From a virus (Duplodnaviria > Caudoviricetes): a stretch of 64,000 bases of DNA. The notes beneath the pieces were generated by a model. It had not been told where the DNA came from, did not search any database, and was given only the letters and a program-made list of their open reading frames with translations. The stretch lies in the IMG/VR virus record IMGVR_UViG_3300049846_001081; one strand, 5' to 3'. This document shows, one piece after another, positions 9,341 through 20,152 of this stretch (within the stretch, counting starts at the first letter, position 1; each line of letters starts with the position of its first letter). Position numbers and translations under genes: made by a program.

Positions 9341-9580
9341 ATGAAGTCTTTCAAAGAGTTTGAAGCAATCGCTTATAAAGGAGCAGTTCCCCATACTGTT
9401 TTTTCTGGAGGAAAAGCGAAAAAAATTCCTAAAGGAAAGGCAGTTCCTGTAAGAAGTCGCTCTAGTGCTGGTGGATTTGGTGGAGTTGGTGGTGGGTCTG
9501 CTCCAGGACCCGGTGGCGGTGCTGGAGGAACATCTGGTGCCTCTGGTAATGGTGGTGGAAACGGTGGTGATGGCGAATAA
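9341..9580 (+). CDS. Small basic/Gly-rich protein with CTS-like N-terminus (MKSFKEFEA)
   Basis: TAAATA at 9322-9327; Gly-rich C-terminal half. Confidence 0.6.
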   Translation: MKSFKEFEAIAYKGAVPHTVFSGGKAKKIPKGKAVPVRSRSSAGGFGGVGGGSAPGPGGGAGGTSGASGNGGGNGGDGE

Positions 9581-9603
9581 ATAGAATTGAATATCGTCGG
9601 CGC

Positions 9604-9656
9604 GGGGAGCACCTGGCAAAATCCAGGTTGACTCCCCCTTTTTTTCTTGCTAAAAT
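9604..9656 (+). promoter_or_regulatory. Terminator hairpin overlapping a sigma70-like promoter
   Basis: GGGGAG/CTCCCC stem + T-run; TTGACT (9628-9633)-17 bp-TAAAAT. Confidence 0.65.
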
Positions 9657-9677
9657 GACTGGAGGTATGGAGTAAAA

Positions 9678-10061
9678 ATGACGATTAAACTTTTACTTTT
9701 AAAGTCGGGTGAAGATATCATCTCAGACATTAAAGAAATGGTTATTGGTGAGGATGAAGACCGAAGAGTGGTTGGATATTTCCTTAACAAACCTTGCCTA
9801 GTTAAGATGAGGGATCCAAGTCTTCTTGTTGAAGAAAGTACAGAAGAGCAAAAGAAAACTGCATATCAAGTTTCTCTTTATCCTTGGATGCCTCTTTCAA
9901 AAGATTCAGTTATTCCTGTTGCTGCTGATTGGGTAGTGACTATTGTAGAACCTATTGTTAAACTTTCTGAAATGTACGTGGAGGACGTGTTATCTCGTGG
10001 AACAGAAAACGATCAAAATTCTAGCACTATTGAACAACCTGATTCTAATAACTCAGATTGA
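9678..10061 (+). CDS. Conserved cyanophage hypothetical protein upstream of gp43
   Basis: GGAGG RBS; MTIKLLLLKSGEDII N-terminus. Confidence 0.75.
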   Translation: MTIKLLLLKSGEDIISDIKEMVIGEDEDRRVVGYFLNKPCLVKMRDPSLLVEESTEEQKKTAYQVSLYPWMPLSKDSVIPVAADWVVTIVEPIVKLSEMYVEDVLSRGTENDQNSSTIEQPDSNNSD

Positions 10062-10260
10062 AGAAGTTGGTGCTGATATTGGAGAACCTGATTGTAAACT
10101 TATTAATCCATTTGTAGTAAGAAGCGATCAAACTCTTGAACCATTCCTATTTGGTTATACGAAGGAAAACACTTTTATGATGAGTTCGGATAAGATTTTA
10201 ACCTTAGCAAATCCAACTCCGACACTTCTTGAAAAATATGAGGACTTGATTAAAGAATGA
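9997..10260 (+). CDS. Conserved hypothetical protein
   Basis: GTG start with GAGGA upstream; stop overlaps gp43 start. Confidence 0.65.
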   Translation: MEQKTIKILALLNNLILITQIEEVGADIGEPDCKLINPFVVRSDQTLEPFLFGYTKENTFMMSSDKILTLANPTPTLLEKYEDLIKE

Positions 10261-12752
10261 GATTTTACACTAATGTTCAATTGATTGGAAATCAATTTTT
10301 GATTCGTGGAGTAGATAATGGTAAAAGATTTGAGACAAGAGATGAGTTCTTTCCAACTCTCTTTGTAAAAACTAAAAAAGATTCCAAATATAGAACATTA
10401 AGTGGTGAAGCAGTAGAACCAATTAATCCTGGAACTGTAAAGGATTGTCGTGAGTTCTATAAAAAATATGATGAAGTTGATGGATTTGAGATTTATGGAA
10501 ATGATCGGTATATCTACCAATACATTTCCGAAAAATATCCAGAGGATGAAATCAAGTTTGATATCAGTAAAATCAAACTTGTGACCCTGGATATTGAGGT
10601 TGCTTCCGAGCAGGGATTCCCTGATGTGGAATCGGCATCAGAAGAAATTCTTTCAATTAGTATTCAAGATTATACAACCAAGGAAATTATTACTTGGGGA
10701 GTTAAACCTTTTAATCACACTCGAAAAGATTTAACATATCATTATTGTCCAAGTGAATATGAACTTTTAAGTCATTTTATTCACCATTGGATGATTGATG
10801 TTCCTGATGTGATTACTGGATGGAACATTCAGTTGTATGATATTCCTTATATTTGTAAACGCCTAAATCGTGTTCTTGGTGAGAAACTGATGAAGCGTTT
10901 CTCTAACTGGGGACTTGTAACTGAAGGTGAAATTTATATCAACGGACGTAAGCACACAACATTTGATGTTGGTGGATTGACTCAACTTGATTATCTAGAT
11001 CTTTATAAGAAGTTTACTTACAAAGCACAGGAATCATATCGCCTTGATTATATTGCTGAGGTTGAACTTGGGCAGAAGAAACTAGATCACTCTGAGTTTG
11101 ATACATTCAAAGACTTCTACACAAAAGGATGGCAGAAGTTTATTGAGTACAACATCATTGACGTAGAACTTGTTGACCGTTTGGAAGATAAGATGAAACT
11201 GATTGAGTTGGCACTTACAATGGCATATGATGCTAAGGTGAACTATGCCGATGTGTTCTCTCAAGTTCGTATGTGGGATAACATTATCTACACATATCTT
11301 AAGAAGAGAAACATTGTTATTCCCCCTCGCAACAAAGCACAAAAAGATGAGAAGTATGCTGGTGCTTATGTAAAAGAACCTGTGCCTGGAATGTATGATT
11401 GGGTTGTAAGTTTTGACTTGAACTCACTATATCCTCATTTGATTATGCAGTATAACATCTCCCCAGAAACACTTATGGATGAAAGACATCCAACAGTCAA
11501 TGTAGATAAGATTCTGAATAAGGAACTTACTTTTGAGATGTATAAAGATTATGCTGTCTGTGCTAACGGAGCAATGTTCCGTAAGGATGTTCGTGGATTT
11601 CTTCCAGAGTTGATGGAGAAAATTTATAATGAACGTGTAATCTTTAAGAAGAAAATGCTTGTGGCAGAGCAAGAATATGAGAAGACTAAAAAGAAAGATT
11701 TAATTAAAGAAATTGCCCGCTGTAATAACATTCAGATGGCACGTAAGATTCAACTCAACTCTGCTTATGGTGCTATCGGAAATCAGTATTTTCGCTATTA
11801 TAAACTGGCAAATGCTGAGGCAATCACATTGTCTGGTCAAGTTTCCATTCAATGGATTATGAATAAGATGAATTCTTATTTCAATAAAGTTCTTAAAACT
11901 GAAGGTGAAGATTATGTCATTGCTTCTGACACTGACTCTTTGTACATCAATATGGGTCCTCTGGTTGAAAGTGTATTCAAAGGCAGAGAGAAAACTACTC
12001 AAGGCATTGTTACGTTCCTTGATAAGGTCTGTAATGTGGAATTTGAAAAGTATATTGAAAGTTCTTACCAAGAACTGGCTGACTATGTGAATGCTTACGA
12101 CCAAAAGATGGTTATGAAGCGAGAGTGTATTGCTGAGCGTGGTATCTGGACAGCAAAGAAGAGATACATTTTGAGTGTTTGGGATAGTGAAGGTGTTCGT
12201 TATGAAGAACCTAAACTTAAGATTAAAGGTATTGAGGCAATCAAATCTTCTACCCCTGCACCTTGTCGTAAGATGTTGAAAGAATCTTTTAATATTATGA
12301 TGAGCGGAAGTGAGGATAATATGATTTCTTTCATTGATGACTGTCGTAATAAGTTTAAAAAGTTATCTCCAGAGGAGATTTCTTTTCCACGCTCTGCGTC
12401 TGATGTTCAAAAGTATCAATCTTCTTCGGACATTTATGTTAAAGGAACTCCCATCCACGTTCGTGGGGCACTGTTGTTTAATCACTATGTAAAACAAAAT
12501 AAACTTACTGGGAAATACTCTCTTATTCAAAATGGAGAGAAGGTTAAATTTGTTTATCTTAAAAAACCAAATACAATTCACGAAAACGTAATCTCATTCA
12601 TTCAGGAATTTCCCAAGGAACTCAATCTTGACAAATACATAGACTATGAACTACAATTTGAGAAAGCATTTCTAGAGCCTCTCAAGATTATTCTTGATAC
12701 AATTGGATGGAATGTAGAGAAGACAGTAAACCTTGAATTATTTTTTGCCTAA
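10257..12752 (+). CDS. gp43: Family B DNA polymerase
   Basis: LDIEV exonuclease, [23 protein letters not shown]; uninterrupted. Confidence 0.98.
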   Translation: MRFYTNVQLIGNQFLIRGVDNGKRFETRDEFFPTLFVKTKKDSKYRTLSGEAVEPINPGTVKDCREFYKKYDEVDGFEIYGNDRYIYQYISEKYPEDEIKFDISKIKLVTLDIEVASEQGFPDVESASEEILSISIQDYTTKEIITWGVKPFNHTRKDLTYHYCPSEYELLSHFIHHWMIDVPDVITGWNIQLYDIPYICKRLNRVLGEKLMKRFSNWGLVTEGEIYINGRKHTTFDVGGLTQLDYLDLYKKFTYKAQESYRLDYIAEVELGQKKLDHSEFDTFKDFYTKGWQKFIEYNIIDVELVDRLEDKMKLIELALTMAYDAKVNYADVFSQVRMWDNIIYTYLKKRNIVIPPRNKAQKDEKYAGAYVKEPVPGMYDWVVSFDLNSLYPHLIMQYNISPETLMDERHPTVNVDKILNKELTFEMYKDYAVCANGAMFRKDVRGFLPELMEKIYNERVIFKKKMLVAEQEYEKTKKKDLIKEIARCNNIQMARKIQLNSAYGAIGNQYFRYYKLANAEAITLSGQVSIQWIMNKMNSYFNKVLKTEGEDYVIASDTDSLYINMGPLVESVFKGREKTTQGIVTFLDKVCNVEFEKYIESSYQELADYVNAYDQKMVMKRECIAERGIWTAKKRYILSVWDSEGVRYEEPKLKIKGIEAIKSSTPAPCRKMLKESFNIMMSGSEDNMISFIDDCRNKFKKLSPEEISFPRSASDVQKYQSSSDIYVKGTPIHVRGALLFNHYVKQNKLTGKYSLIQNGEKVKFVYLKKPNTIHENVISFIQEFPKELNLDKYIDYELQFEKAFLEPLKIILDTIGWNVEKTVNLELFFA

Positions 12753-13756
12753 TGGACTTCTTAAAAGATATTGTAAAAGAGATTGGTGATGACTTTACTA
12801 AGTTAGCATCAGATATTGATGAGACTGAGACTTATGTTGACACGGGTTCGTACATTTTTAATGCACTGGTTTCAGGTAGCATATTTGGTGGTGTATCTGG
12901 GAATAAGATTACTGCTATTGCTGGAGAGTCTAGTACTGGAAAGACTTTCTTCTCTCTCGCTGTGGTTAAGAATTTTCTTGATACTCATCCCGATGGTTAC
13001 TGTCTCTACTTTGATACTGAAGCCGCTATTACCAAATCACTTATAGAATCTCGTGGAATTGATACTACTCGTCTGGTTGTTGTTAACGTTGTTACTATTG
13101 AGGAGTTTCGTACAAAGGCACTCAAAGCAGTAGACATGTATTTGAAAGCACCAGTAGAAGACCGCAAACCTTGTATGTTTGTGTTGGATTCTCTTGGTAT
13201 GCTTTCTACAAGCAAAGAAATTAATGACGCATTAAATGAGAAAGAAGTTAGGGATATGACTAAATCCCAACTTATTAAAGGTGCGTTTAGAATGTTAACC
13301 CTTAAACTAGGTCAAGCAAATGTCCCGCTCATTGTCACAAATCATACATACGATGTCATCGGAGCTTACGTACCAACTAAAGAAATGGGAGGAGGTTCTG
13401 GACTCAAGTACGCAGCAAGCACGATCATTTATCTCAGCAAAAAGAAAGAAAAGGATGGAACAGAAGTGGTCGGCAATATTATCAAAGCTAAGACTGCTAA
13501 ATCGCGTTTGAGTAAGGAGAACAAAGATGTTGAAGTCCGTCTGTATTATGATGAGCGCGGTCTTGATCGTTACTACGGTCTTCTGGAACTTGGTGAGATT
13601 GGTGGACTCTGGAAGAATGTAGCAGGACGCTATGAGATTGATGGTAAGAAGATTTATGCTAAGCAGATTCTGAAAGAACCTGAAGTATATTTCACTCCAG
13701 AAGTGATGGAGAAACTTGATGAAATTGCAAGAGAAGAATTTAGTTACGGTTCATGA
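12752..13756 (+). CDS. uvsX: RecA-like recombinase
   Basis: [27 protein letters not shown]. Confidence 0.96.
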   Translation: MDFLKDIVKEIGDDFTKLASDIDETETYVDTGSYIFNALVSGSIFGGVSGNKITAIAGESSTGKTFFSLAVVKNFLDTHPDGYCLYFDTEAAITKSLIESRGIDTTRLVVVNVVTIEEFRTKALKAVDMYLKAPVEDRKPCMFVLDSLGMLSTSKEINDALNEKEVRDMTKSQLIKGAFRMLTLKLGQANVPLIVTNHTYDVIGAYVPTKEMGGGSGLKYAASTIIYLSKKKEKDGTEVVGNIIKAKTAKSRLSKENKDVEVRLYYDERGLDRYYGLLELGEIGGLWKNVAGRYEIDGKKIYAKQILKEPEVYFTPEVMEKLDEIAREEFSYGS

Positions 13757-14295
13757 TTAAAGTCCTTAAGACTGGAATCAATGTATCTAAAGTTGTAGAT
13801 CAACTCAAAAAATATCCACAAGACTGGGACCACCAAAAGCACCTTAAAGATTCCCAGTCTTTAGTTGATAGAGGATTTGCTGACTTGCCAGTAAGTGCTC
13901 TTCAACTTATAATGGGTGGGGTCAAAAACAAAGAAGAATTTGTTGGTGATTCTGAAATAAACATCAAGACTCCTGCATACGAACATCACAGTGAAATCAG
14001 AAAGATTATACGCAAACACTTTGGGAATAGAGAATTACATCGTTGTGGATTTCTTTCTCTTCCTGTTGATGAAATTGTAGGAGCACATATTGATGAAGGA
14101 ACCTATTACATAACAAGAGATAGATACCATCTTTCTATTGTTGGTAGATATCAGTATTTTTGTGGTACTGATACTACTATTGTTGAACCAGGAACTCTTT
14201 TGTGGTTTAATAATAAATTACCTCATGGCACCGTTAATATTGGTGATGAGACTAGAATAACGTTTGTATTTGATATGCCTCATGGACAAAGTTGA
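13753..14295 (+). CDS. Asp/Asn beta-hydroxylase-like 2OG-Fe(II) oxygenase
   Basis: HID..., [12 protein letters not shown]...N...RI motifs. Confidence 0.75.
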   Translation: MIKVLKTGINVSKVVDQLKKYPQDWDHQKHLKDSQSLVDRGFADLPVSALQLIMGGVKNKEEFVGDSEINIKTPAYEHHSEIRKIIRKHFGNRELHRCGFLSLPVDEIVGAHIDEGTYYITRDRYHLSIVGRYQYFCGTDTTIVEPGTLLWFNNKLPHGTVNIGDETRITFVFDMPHGQS

Positions 14296-15658
14296 GTTTC
14301 TTATTCTTCGCAATCTCTTGCACAATGAAGAATATGTTCGCAAAGTTATTCCTTTTATTAAATCGGAATACTTTGAAGATACAAATCAAAAAGTAGTATT
14401 TGAAGAGATTCTTAAGTTTGTTCAGGAATACAATCAACCAACTACAAAGGAAGTTCTTTGTATTGAAGTGGAAAAACGTCAAGATATCAATGATACTTCT
14501 TTCAAAGAAATTACTCATCTAATTGGATGTCTTGATGATGTTCCTGTTGAATTTAATTGGTTAGTTACTACTACTGAGAAATGGTGTCGTGATCGTGCCA
14601 TTTATTTGGCATTGATGGAATCCATTCATATTGCTGATGGTAAAGATGAAAAGAAGAATCGTGACAGTATTCCTTCTATTCTTTCTGATGCTCTTGCTGT
14701 AAGTTTTGATACACATATTGGTCATGATTACTTACAAGATTACGAACAAAGATATGAATCTTATCATAAAAAGGAGGATAAAATTGAATTTGATCTTGAA
14801 TACTTTAACAAAATCACGAAAGGTGGTCTCCCTAACAAAACTCTTAACATCGCTCTTGCTGGTACGGGTGTCGGGAAATCTCTATTCATGTGCCATGTGG
14901 CTAGCTCCGTCTTGCTCCAAGGACGGAACGTTTTGTACATTACGTTGGAAATGGCAGAAGAACGCATTGCTGAAAGAATTGATGCCAACCTCCTAAATGT
15001 TCCTATTCAAGATATTGCTGAACTTCCAAAAACAATGTTTGAAAACAAGGTTACAAACCTTGCTAAAAAAACTCAAGGAACACTTATAATTAAGGAATAT
15101 CCTACAGCGTCTGCACATGCAGGTCATTTTAAGTCATTGCTTAATGAACTTGCACTTAAGAAGTCATTTAGACCTGATATTATTTTTATTGATTACCTTA
15201 ATATTTGTGCTTCCTCTAGGTATCGCGGAAACAGCAATATCAATTCCTATACATTTGTAAAGGCAATTGCTGAAGAATTACGAGGACTCGCAGTTGAATT
15301 TAACGTACCAATCGTGTCTGCTACTCAGACCACTCGTTCAGGTTATGGTAGTTCTGATGTTGAACTTACTGATACTTCAGAATCATTCGGTCTTCCTGCT
15401 ACTGCTGACTTGATGTTTGCTCTAATTAGTACAGAAGAACTTGAGGGACTTGGACAGATACTTGTAAAACAACTTAAGAATCGTTATAATGACCCTACCA
15501 TTCATAAGCGTTTCGTGATTGGTATTGATAGGGCAAAGATGCGTCTTTATGACTGCGAACAATCTGCTCAACAAGATATCCTTGACAATGGAAAGGATGA
15601 AGAGTATGATTATGAAGAAAAGAAACCTAAAAAATCATTTGAAGGATTTAAATTCTAA
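14282..15658 (+). CDS. gp41: Replicative DNA helicase
   Basis: AGTGVGKS, YITLEM, IDYL, SATQTTR, KNRY. Confidence 0.97.
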   Translation: MDKVEFLILRNLLHNEEYVRKVIPFIKSEYFEDTNQKVVFEEILKFVQEYNQPTTKEVLCIEVEKRQDINDTSFKEITHLIGCLDDVPVEFNWLVTTTEKWCRDRAIYLALMESIHIADGKDEKKNRDSIPSILSDALAVSFDTHIGHDYLQDYEQRYESYHKKEDKIEFDLEYFNKITKGGLPNKTLNIALAGTGVGKSLFMCHVASSVLLQGRNVLYITLEMAEERIAERIDANLLNVPIQDIAELPKTMFENKVTNLAKKTQGTLIIKEYPTASAHAGHFKSLLNELALKKSFRPDIIFIDYLNICASSRYRGNSNINSYTFVKAIAEELRGLAVEFNVPIVSATQTTRSGYGSSDVELTDTSESFGLPATADLMFALISTEELEGLGQILVKQLKNRYNDPTIHKRFVIGIDRAKMRLYDCEQSAQQDILDNGKDEEYDYEEKKPKKSFEGFKF

Positions 15659-16071
15659 TGACCAAAGTTATTGATACAAACAAATATATTGAATTCGTTC
15701 GTCAAACTACAAGTCCTGCAAGTAGTGATTTAGCCGCACTTCTTGCCCGTATTGCTGAACTTGAGACTGGGAATGATGTTGATGTTCCTCGTCTTTTGAC
15801 TGCCGCTCTTGGTATTAGTGCTGAAGCTGGTGAGTTTACTGAAGTTGTTAAGAAGATAATTCTACAGGGAAAACCATATAATCAAGAAGCAACTTTTCAC
15901 ATGAAGCGTGAACTTGGTGATATCTGTTGGTATCTTTCTCAGGCATTTATGGCACTTGATACTAACTTTGAAGAAATTCTTCAGATGAATTTTGAAAAAC
16001 TGAGTGCTCGCTATCCTGAAGGTGCATTTGATGTTTACCGTTCTGAAAATCGTGTGGAGGGGGATCTGTGA
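15658..16071 (+). CDS. mazG: MazG-like NTP pyrophosphohydrolase
   Basis: EAGEFTEVVKK, ELGDICWY, KLSARYP. Confidence 0.92.
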   Translation: MTKVIDTNKYIEFVRQTTSPASSDLAALLARIAELETGNDVDVPRLLTAALGISAEAGEFTEVVKKIILQGKPYNQEATFHMKRELGDICWYLSQAFMALDTNFEEILQMNFEKLSARYPEGAFDVYRSENRVEGDL

Positions 16072-16253
16072 CTAAAGAAAAACAAGTGACAATTAAAATG
16101 GACGCTCGTACAGCGGCTGCAGTTCGTCAAGTTCTGTTTGATGCTCAAAAAGGATACACCTATGATGAAGTGAGTGTTCCTCCTCGCGTAACTGATATTC
16201 GTCTGGTAATTCAACAACTTGATGATAATATTGGTGCTGTTCTTGGTGCTTGA
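16068..16253 (+). CDS. Hypothetical protein
   Basis: Coupled to the mazG stop. Confidence 0.65.
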   Translation: MTKEKQVTIKMDARTAAAVRQVLFDAQKGYTYDEVSVPPRVTDIRLVIQQLDDNIGAVLGA

Positions 16254-16300
16254 CCCTTTATGGATCTTTTTTATAAATAACTAAAAAGTATTTGTAAAAA

Positions 16301-16852
16301 ATGGATTCTAAAGAACTGCGCGGTTTATACGAAGCATATGCTGATGTATATGCTCCTCAAGAAGAGATTGATGAAGCATCAAGAGCAGATGATACGACAA
16401 GAGCAAACATTGCTCGTTATGCTGGTAAAAAAGGTATTTCATTTGAACCAGGACCAAACTGGGACCCATCTGCTAATCGTGGAAGAGGTGCCCATTTAAA
16501 TCCAAAGCAAAAGGAAAAGCAGCGTCGTAAAGCACTTCGTCAAGAAGAACTTGATATCTTTGATGTAGTCCTTGAGTTCCTCCAAGCAGAAGGATACGCA
16601 GAAACTCTGGAAGAGGCAGAGTGGATGATGGCAAATGAATTGGATGCTGATGATATTGATGCTATTTTGGGGGAAGGCAAATCTTCTAGACCACGCTATC
16701 CTGGTGGCAGAGGTGTTCTAGACCAGGAAAGAAGAGATGAAAAGAGGGAAGCTTCTGCTGAAAATATGCGTGGTCATACAGCAGGTCCTGGTACTGTAAC
16801 CAAGAATCCAAAGAAACTTCGTAAGCAAAAAGCAATGGGCGAGCACGGCTGA
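16301..16852 (+). CDS. Late charged modular protein, putative head-internal protein
   Basis: TATAAATA at 16272-16279; LYEAY, FDVVLEFLQAEGYAET modules. Confidence 0.7.
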   Translation: MDSKELRGLYEAYADVYAPQEEIDEASRADDTTRANIARYAGKKGISFEPGPNWDPSANRGRGAHLNPKQKEKQRRKALRQEELDIFDVVLEFLQAEGYAETLEEAEWMMANELDADDIDAILGEGKSSRPRYPGGRGVLDQERRDEKREASAENMRGHTAGPGTVTKNPKKLRKQKAMGEHG

Positions 16853-16907
16853 TAGATAAATCGGAAGGTTGCTCTAACCCACTTGACTTTTTAATTGATA
16901 GAGTTAT

Positions 16908-16944
16908 AAAAAAAGGAGGGGATAAAACCCCTCCTTTAATTTTA
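16908..16944. terminator. Bidirectional terminator between convergent genes
   Basis: A-run, AAAGGAGGG/CCCTCCTTT stem, T-rich tail. Confidence 0.7.
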
Positions 16945-17145
16945 TTTGGAACTTACAAAATCATTAATGATTTCTGCTTGTTTTAGAACTTCATTTAGAG
17001 TTGGAAAATCTGGGTAATCCATTGGCACTTGTTTCTTTTTATCTTCATTCCAACAACGAGCAGTGTCATATTCAATACTAAACTGGTCATTCAGCATATT
17101 ATATGCTTGCTTAAAAATTTCAAAACGTAGTTCGTAGGGCGTCAT
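16942..17145 (-). CDS. Hypothetical phage protein (MTPYELRFEIFKQA)
   Basis: RBS AGGAG upstream on the minus strand; convergent terminator. Confidence 0.7.
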   Translation of the reverse strand: MTPYELRFEIFKQAYNMLNDQFSIEYDTARCWNEDKKKQVPMDYPDFPTLNEVLKQAEIINDFVSSK

Positions 17146-17229
17146 AAGTATTCTCCTAATGTGTATTGTGTGTGATGTGTAGTAACATCAATAGTACACT
17201 AAACTAAATATCTAAAAAAGTCAACTATA

Positions 17230-17427
17230 ATGAAAACATACCAGCAGTTCTCTGAAGATATTGAAGCACGAAGAAAACAACTTCGTCAAAGGTCAAGAGA
17301 GCAAATGCAGAAGTTCAAAGAGAAATCTAGAGCTTCTGCAGATGCTCAAAGGCAAAAAGCAGAAGATGCTGGAGAGCGTAAAAGATTAAAGGATGAGATT
17401 AAAAGGGAGTTAAGAGACGAGAACTAA
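17230..17427 (+). CDS. Small highly charged helical protein with CTS-like N-terminus (MKTYQQFSED)
   Basis: TAAATA at 17205-17210; K/R/E-rich. Confidence 0.7.
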   Translation: MKTYQQFSEDIEARRKQLRQRSREQMQKFKEKSRASADAQRQKAEDAGERKRLKDEIKRELRDEN

Positions 17428-17493
17428 ATAAAACGGAAGGTTGCTCTAACTCACTTGACTTTTTAGTTGAGTGGGTTTTATAATATCTTTATC

Positions 17494-17567
17494 GGGGATA
17501 TAGCTCAGTTGGTAGTAGCACTTGCTTTGCAAGCAAGATGTCATCGGTTCGAGTCCGATTATCTCCA
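17494..17567 (+). tRNA. trnA: tRNA-Ala(UGC)
   Basis: Cloverleaf, G3:U70, anticodon loop TTTGCAA, GGTTCGAGTCC; TTGACT-18-TATAAT promoter upstream. Confidence 0.95.
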
Positions 17568-17597
17568 TTCTAAATACTTGAAAGAGTATATGTAAAA

Positions 17598-18827
17598 ATG
17601 AAAGAAGGAAGCGTTATTGAAGGTATATTCGCAATGTATTGTGCCCTTGTTTTAATAGATCCTGATGATGGTAATGATATTAATAAAATAAAATTAAAAA
17701 TAAGAAATATGAGATTGAATACTCAATTGAAGCAAGAAATTAGGGGCGGAAAGACCTCAAGAACTGTTGAGTTTCATAAATTGTATCCAAAAGATGATGA
17801 TTTTGAAATGCAAGTCGTTGATGCTAATCCTCAACAATATAAGCATATGAGTGCTGGAGAAAAATATTTCGTTATTCAGGGTAGAAGGCAAACAACTGGA
17901 CCTGATGGTTACACTGCTCCTCCTGATTTTGTTCAAGTCAAATTAGATGTAACTTTGAAGGCTAGTGAGGTTGAAAGAGCGTATGGGATGATACTGAAAG
18001 ATAATTTTGGGGAAAGTGGAGATTTTGGTAAAATTGCGGAAAAGGTTGATACTCTACTCAAAGCAAAACATTCTCAGTTTTTTAGACAACTTGTAATGGC
18101 AAAAAATAGATTTTTAAAAAATAAAACTACCGATGTTGTTCAATATAACGTCATAGCAGATGGTATAGGTGGCGAAAGTTCTGGTGGAGCTATAAAGTCG
18201 GATGTTTTAATAAGAATAGTGGCAAATGGTCAGAGTATCCTTAAGTATAATATAAATTTTTCTCTTAAAAGTGATGCGGTTACAGTTGAAAATATTGGGT
18301 TGATTAGGGGCGCAAATGAAGTTTATAATATGTTTGAGGGTGGATTGACTGGAAGAGCAAAGATCCAAGCAAAAATGTTTATTGATGAAATAAATGAAAC
18401 AGCTATGGGAAATTCTGAAATTGGAGTTAAAAAAGGGACCGTTAATAGGGTTGCTTTAACGGCACTATTTGAAGTTATAAAAAATAATCTTCCTAGCGGA
18501 ACATCCAGATCTAATGAATATTATGATTATCTTGAAAAAGCTGCTTTTGGTAAAGATAAGGCTTCAATTGTTATTGCTGATAAAAATAAATTAAAACAAA
18601 TGACTCCAGATTATATTAAATATTTAAGAACATACGGAAATAATGGTAAACCGTTGCTTTTGGAGGTAAAAGCAACTTCTGGTGATATTAGATTTGCTCC
18701 ACCTGGACAATCAAAGGAATTTTTATTTAAACTGAGGCTTAAATCGGAACACGGAACCATTGCAAAAATGATGCTTGACGTTGGCAATTTAACCCATGGT
18801 GGAAGAAATTTTAGAAAATTGAAATAA
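17598..18827 (+). CDS. Hypothetical protein, possible PD-(D/E)xK nuclease fold
   Basis: G..IEG helix, KSDV...NFSLK motif; TAAATA at 17571. Confidence 0.55.
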   Translation: MKEGSVIEGIFAMYCALVLIDPDDGNDINKIKLKIRNMRLNTQLKQEIRGGKTSRTVEFHKLYPKDDDFEMQVVDANPQQYKHMSAGEKYFVIQGRRQTTGPDGYTAPPDFVQVKLDVTLKASEVERAYGMILKDNFGESGDFGKIAEKVDTLLKAKHSQFFRQLVMAKNRFLKNKTTDVVQYNVIADGIGGESSGGAIKSDVLIRIVANGQSILKYNINFSLKSDAVTVENIGLIRGANEVYNMFEGGLTGRAKIQAKMFIDEINETAMGNSEIGVKKGTVNRVALTALFEVIKNNLPSGTSRSNEYYDYLEKAAFGKDKASIVIADKNKLKQMTPDYIKYLRTYGNNGKPLLLEVKATSGDIRFAPPGQSKEFLFKLRLKSEHGTIAKMMLDVGNLTHGGRNFRKLK

Positions 18828-18864
18828 TTAATAATCAATAAATAAAGGTATAAGATTAAACAAT

Positions 18865-20145
18865 ATGAAGAGTTTCTTTACATTTTTATCAGAAGCAACA
18901 CAATCGCAAGCATCTCAGCAGGCTCAAAAACTGGGTCTAAAAGGTGATGGCCATGGAGGTTGGCTGGATCGTTCTGGTAAAGTAGTAGCAAGAACTGATA
19001 AAGGAAAACTCAAGTTTATTGATGGGCGTCAAGCAGGAACAGCAGAACCTGCAACCGAACCAAGACAAGCAGGACCTGCTCCAACACCACAACCACAAAC
19101 AGCACAAGCACCTGCACCAGTTCCACAACAAGTACCTGGCTCAGCACCACAAGATCAAGAACAAGGGCAAGAACTTCCACCACTGACTGTTGTATTTGGA
19201 CGCTTCAATCCACCAACAGTCGGACACGAAAAACTTCTGAAGTCTGCAAAGAGAATTTCTGCTGGTGGAGATATTAAAATCTATCCATCAAGAACACAAG
19301 ATCCAAAGAAAAATCCACTTGATGCAAACAAGAAAGTTTCGTTTATGAAGAAGATGTTTCCTGAATTTAAGGACAATATTATTAACGACGAAGAAATGAA
19401 GACTATTTTCAATGTTCTTGTTGCAGCGAATGAAGATGGTTATACAAGTGTAAATATTGTTGTTGGTTCTGATAGACAAGCGGAGTTTGAGAACCTAGCA
19501 CAAAAGTATAATGGGGATCTTTATACCTTTGATCAAATTCGTGTGATCTCTGCTGGCGTCCGTGATGCGGATGCTGAAGGTGTGGAAGGAATGTCTGCAT
19601 CTAAAATGAGAAAAGCAGTAATGGATGATGACTTCAATTCCTTCCGCAGAGGAACACCAAAGACACTTGATGATGGAGATACTCAAACATTGTTTAATGC
19701 AGTTCGTCAAGGAATGGGTGTAAAAAAAGTAAAGATTAAAAAAGAAAATTATAATCTCTGGGAAATTGCTCCAAAGTATGATATGAGAAATCTTCGTGAA
19801 AATTATATTTCTGGAAAAATTTTTAGAATCGGTGATAAAGTTCAGAACTTAAATACTGGATTAATTGGTGAAGTGATGCGTAGAGGCACCAACTATCTAA
19901 TCTGTGTGACAGAAGATGGAAATATGTTTAAATCTTGGATTAAGGATGTAATGGAATATACTGAAGTTAAAATGGATAGAATGTATAGAACTCCAGGGAA
20001 ACCAAACACACTTGCTGGAACTACTGGGTATTTGAAGTATGCAGCAAAGCAAACTCCTGGGTCTTCATTGGGGAAACAAAATATTCAAGTAGGTGGTCGC
20101 TCATTTTTGGATTTAATAAATAAGTATAAGGTAAAAAGTAAGTAG
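18865..20145 (+). CDS. Cytidylyltransferase-like (HxGH) protein with CTS-like N-terminus
   Basis: FGRFNPPTVGHEKL, VVGSDR, MSASKMR; MKSFFTFLSEA start; late box 18839. Confidence 0.85.
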   Translation: MKSFFTFLSEATQSQASQQAQKLGLKGDGHGGWLDRSGKVVARTDKGKLKFIDGRQAGTAEPATEPRQAGPAPTPQPQTAQAPAPVPQQVPGSAPQDQEQGQELPPLTVVFGRFNPPTVGHEKLLKSAKRISAGGDIKIYPSRTQDPKKNPLDANKKVSFMKKMFPEFKDNIINDEEMKTIFNVLVAANEDGYTSVNIVVGSDRQAEFENLAQKYNGDLYTFDQIRVISAGVRDADAEGVEGMSASKMRKAVMDDDFNSFRRGTPKTLDDGDTQTLFNAVRQGMGVKKVKIKKENYNLWEIAPKYDMRNLRENYISGKIFRIGDKVQNLNTGLIGEVMRRGTNYLICVTEDGNMFKSWIKDVMEYTEVKMDRMYRTPGKPNTLAGTTGYLKYAAKQTPGSSLGKQNIQVGGRSFLDLINKYKVKSK

Positions 20146-20152
20146 AATTGCA

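Larger units (their letters stand above)
16862..17470. repeat. 37-bp direct repeats (16862-16898 and 17434-17470) flanking a two-gene cassette
   Basis: CGGAAGGTTGCTCTAAC(C/T)CACTTGACTTTTTA(A/G)TTGA, 2 mismatches. Confidence 0.9.
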
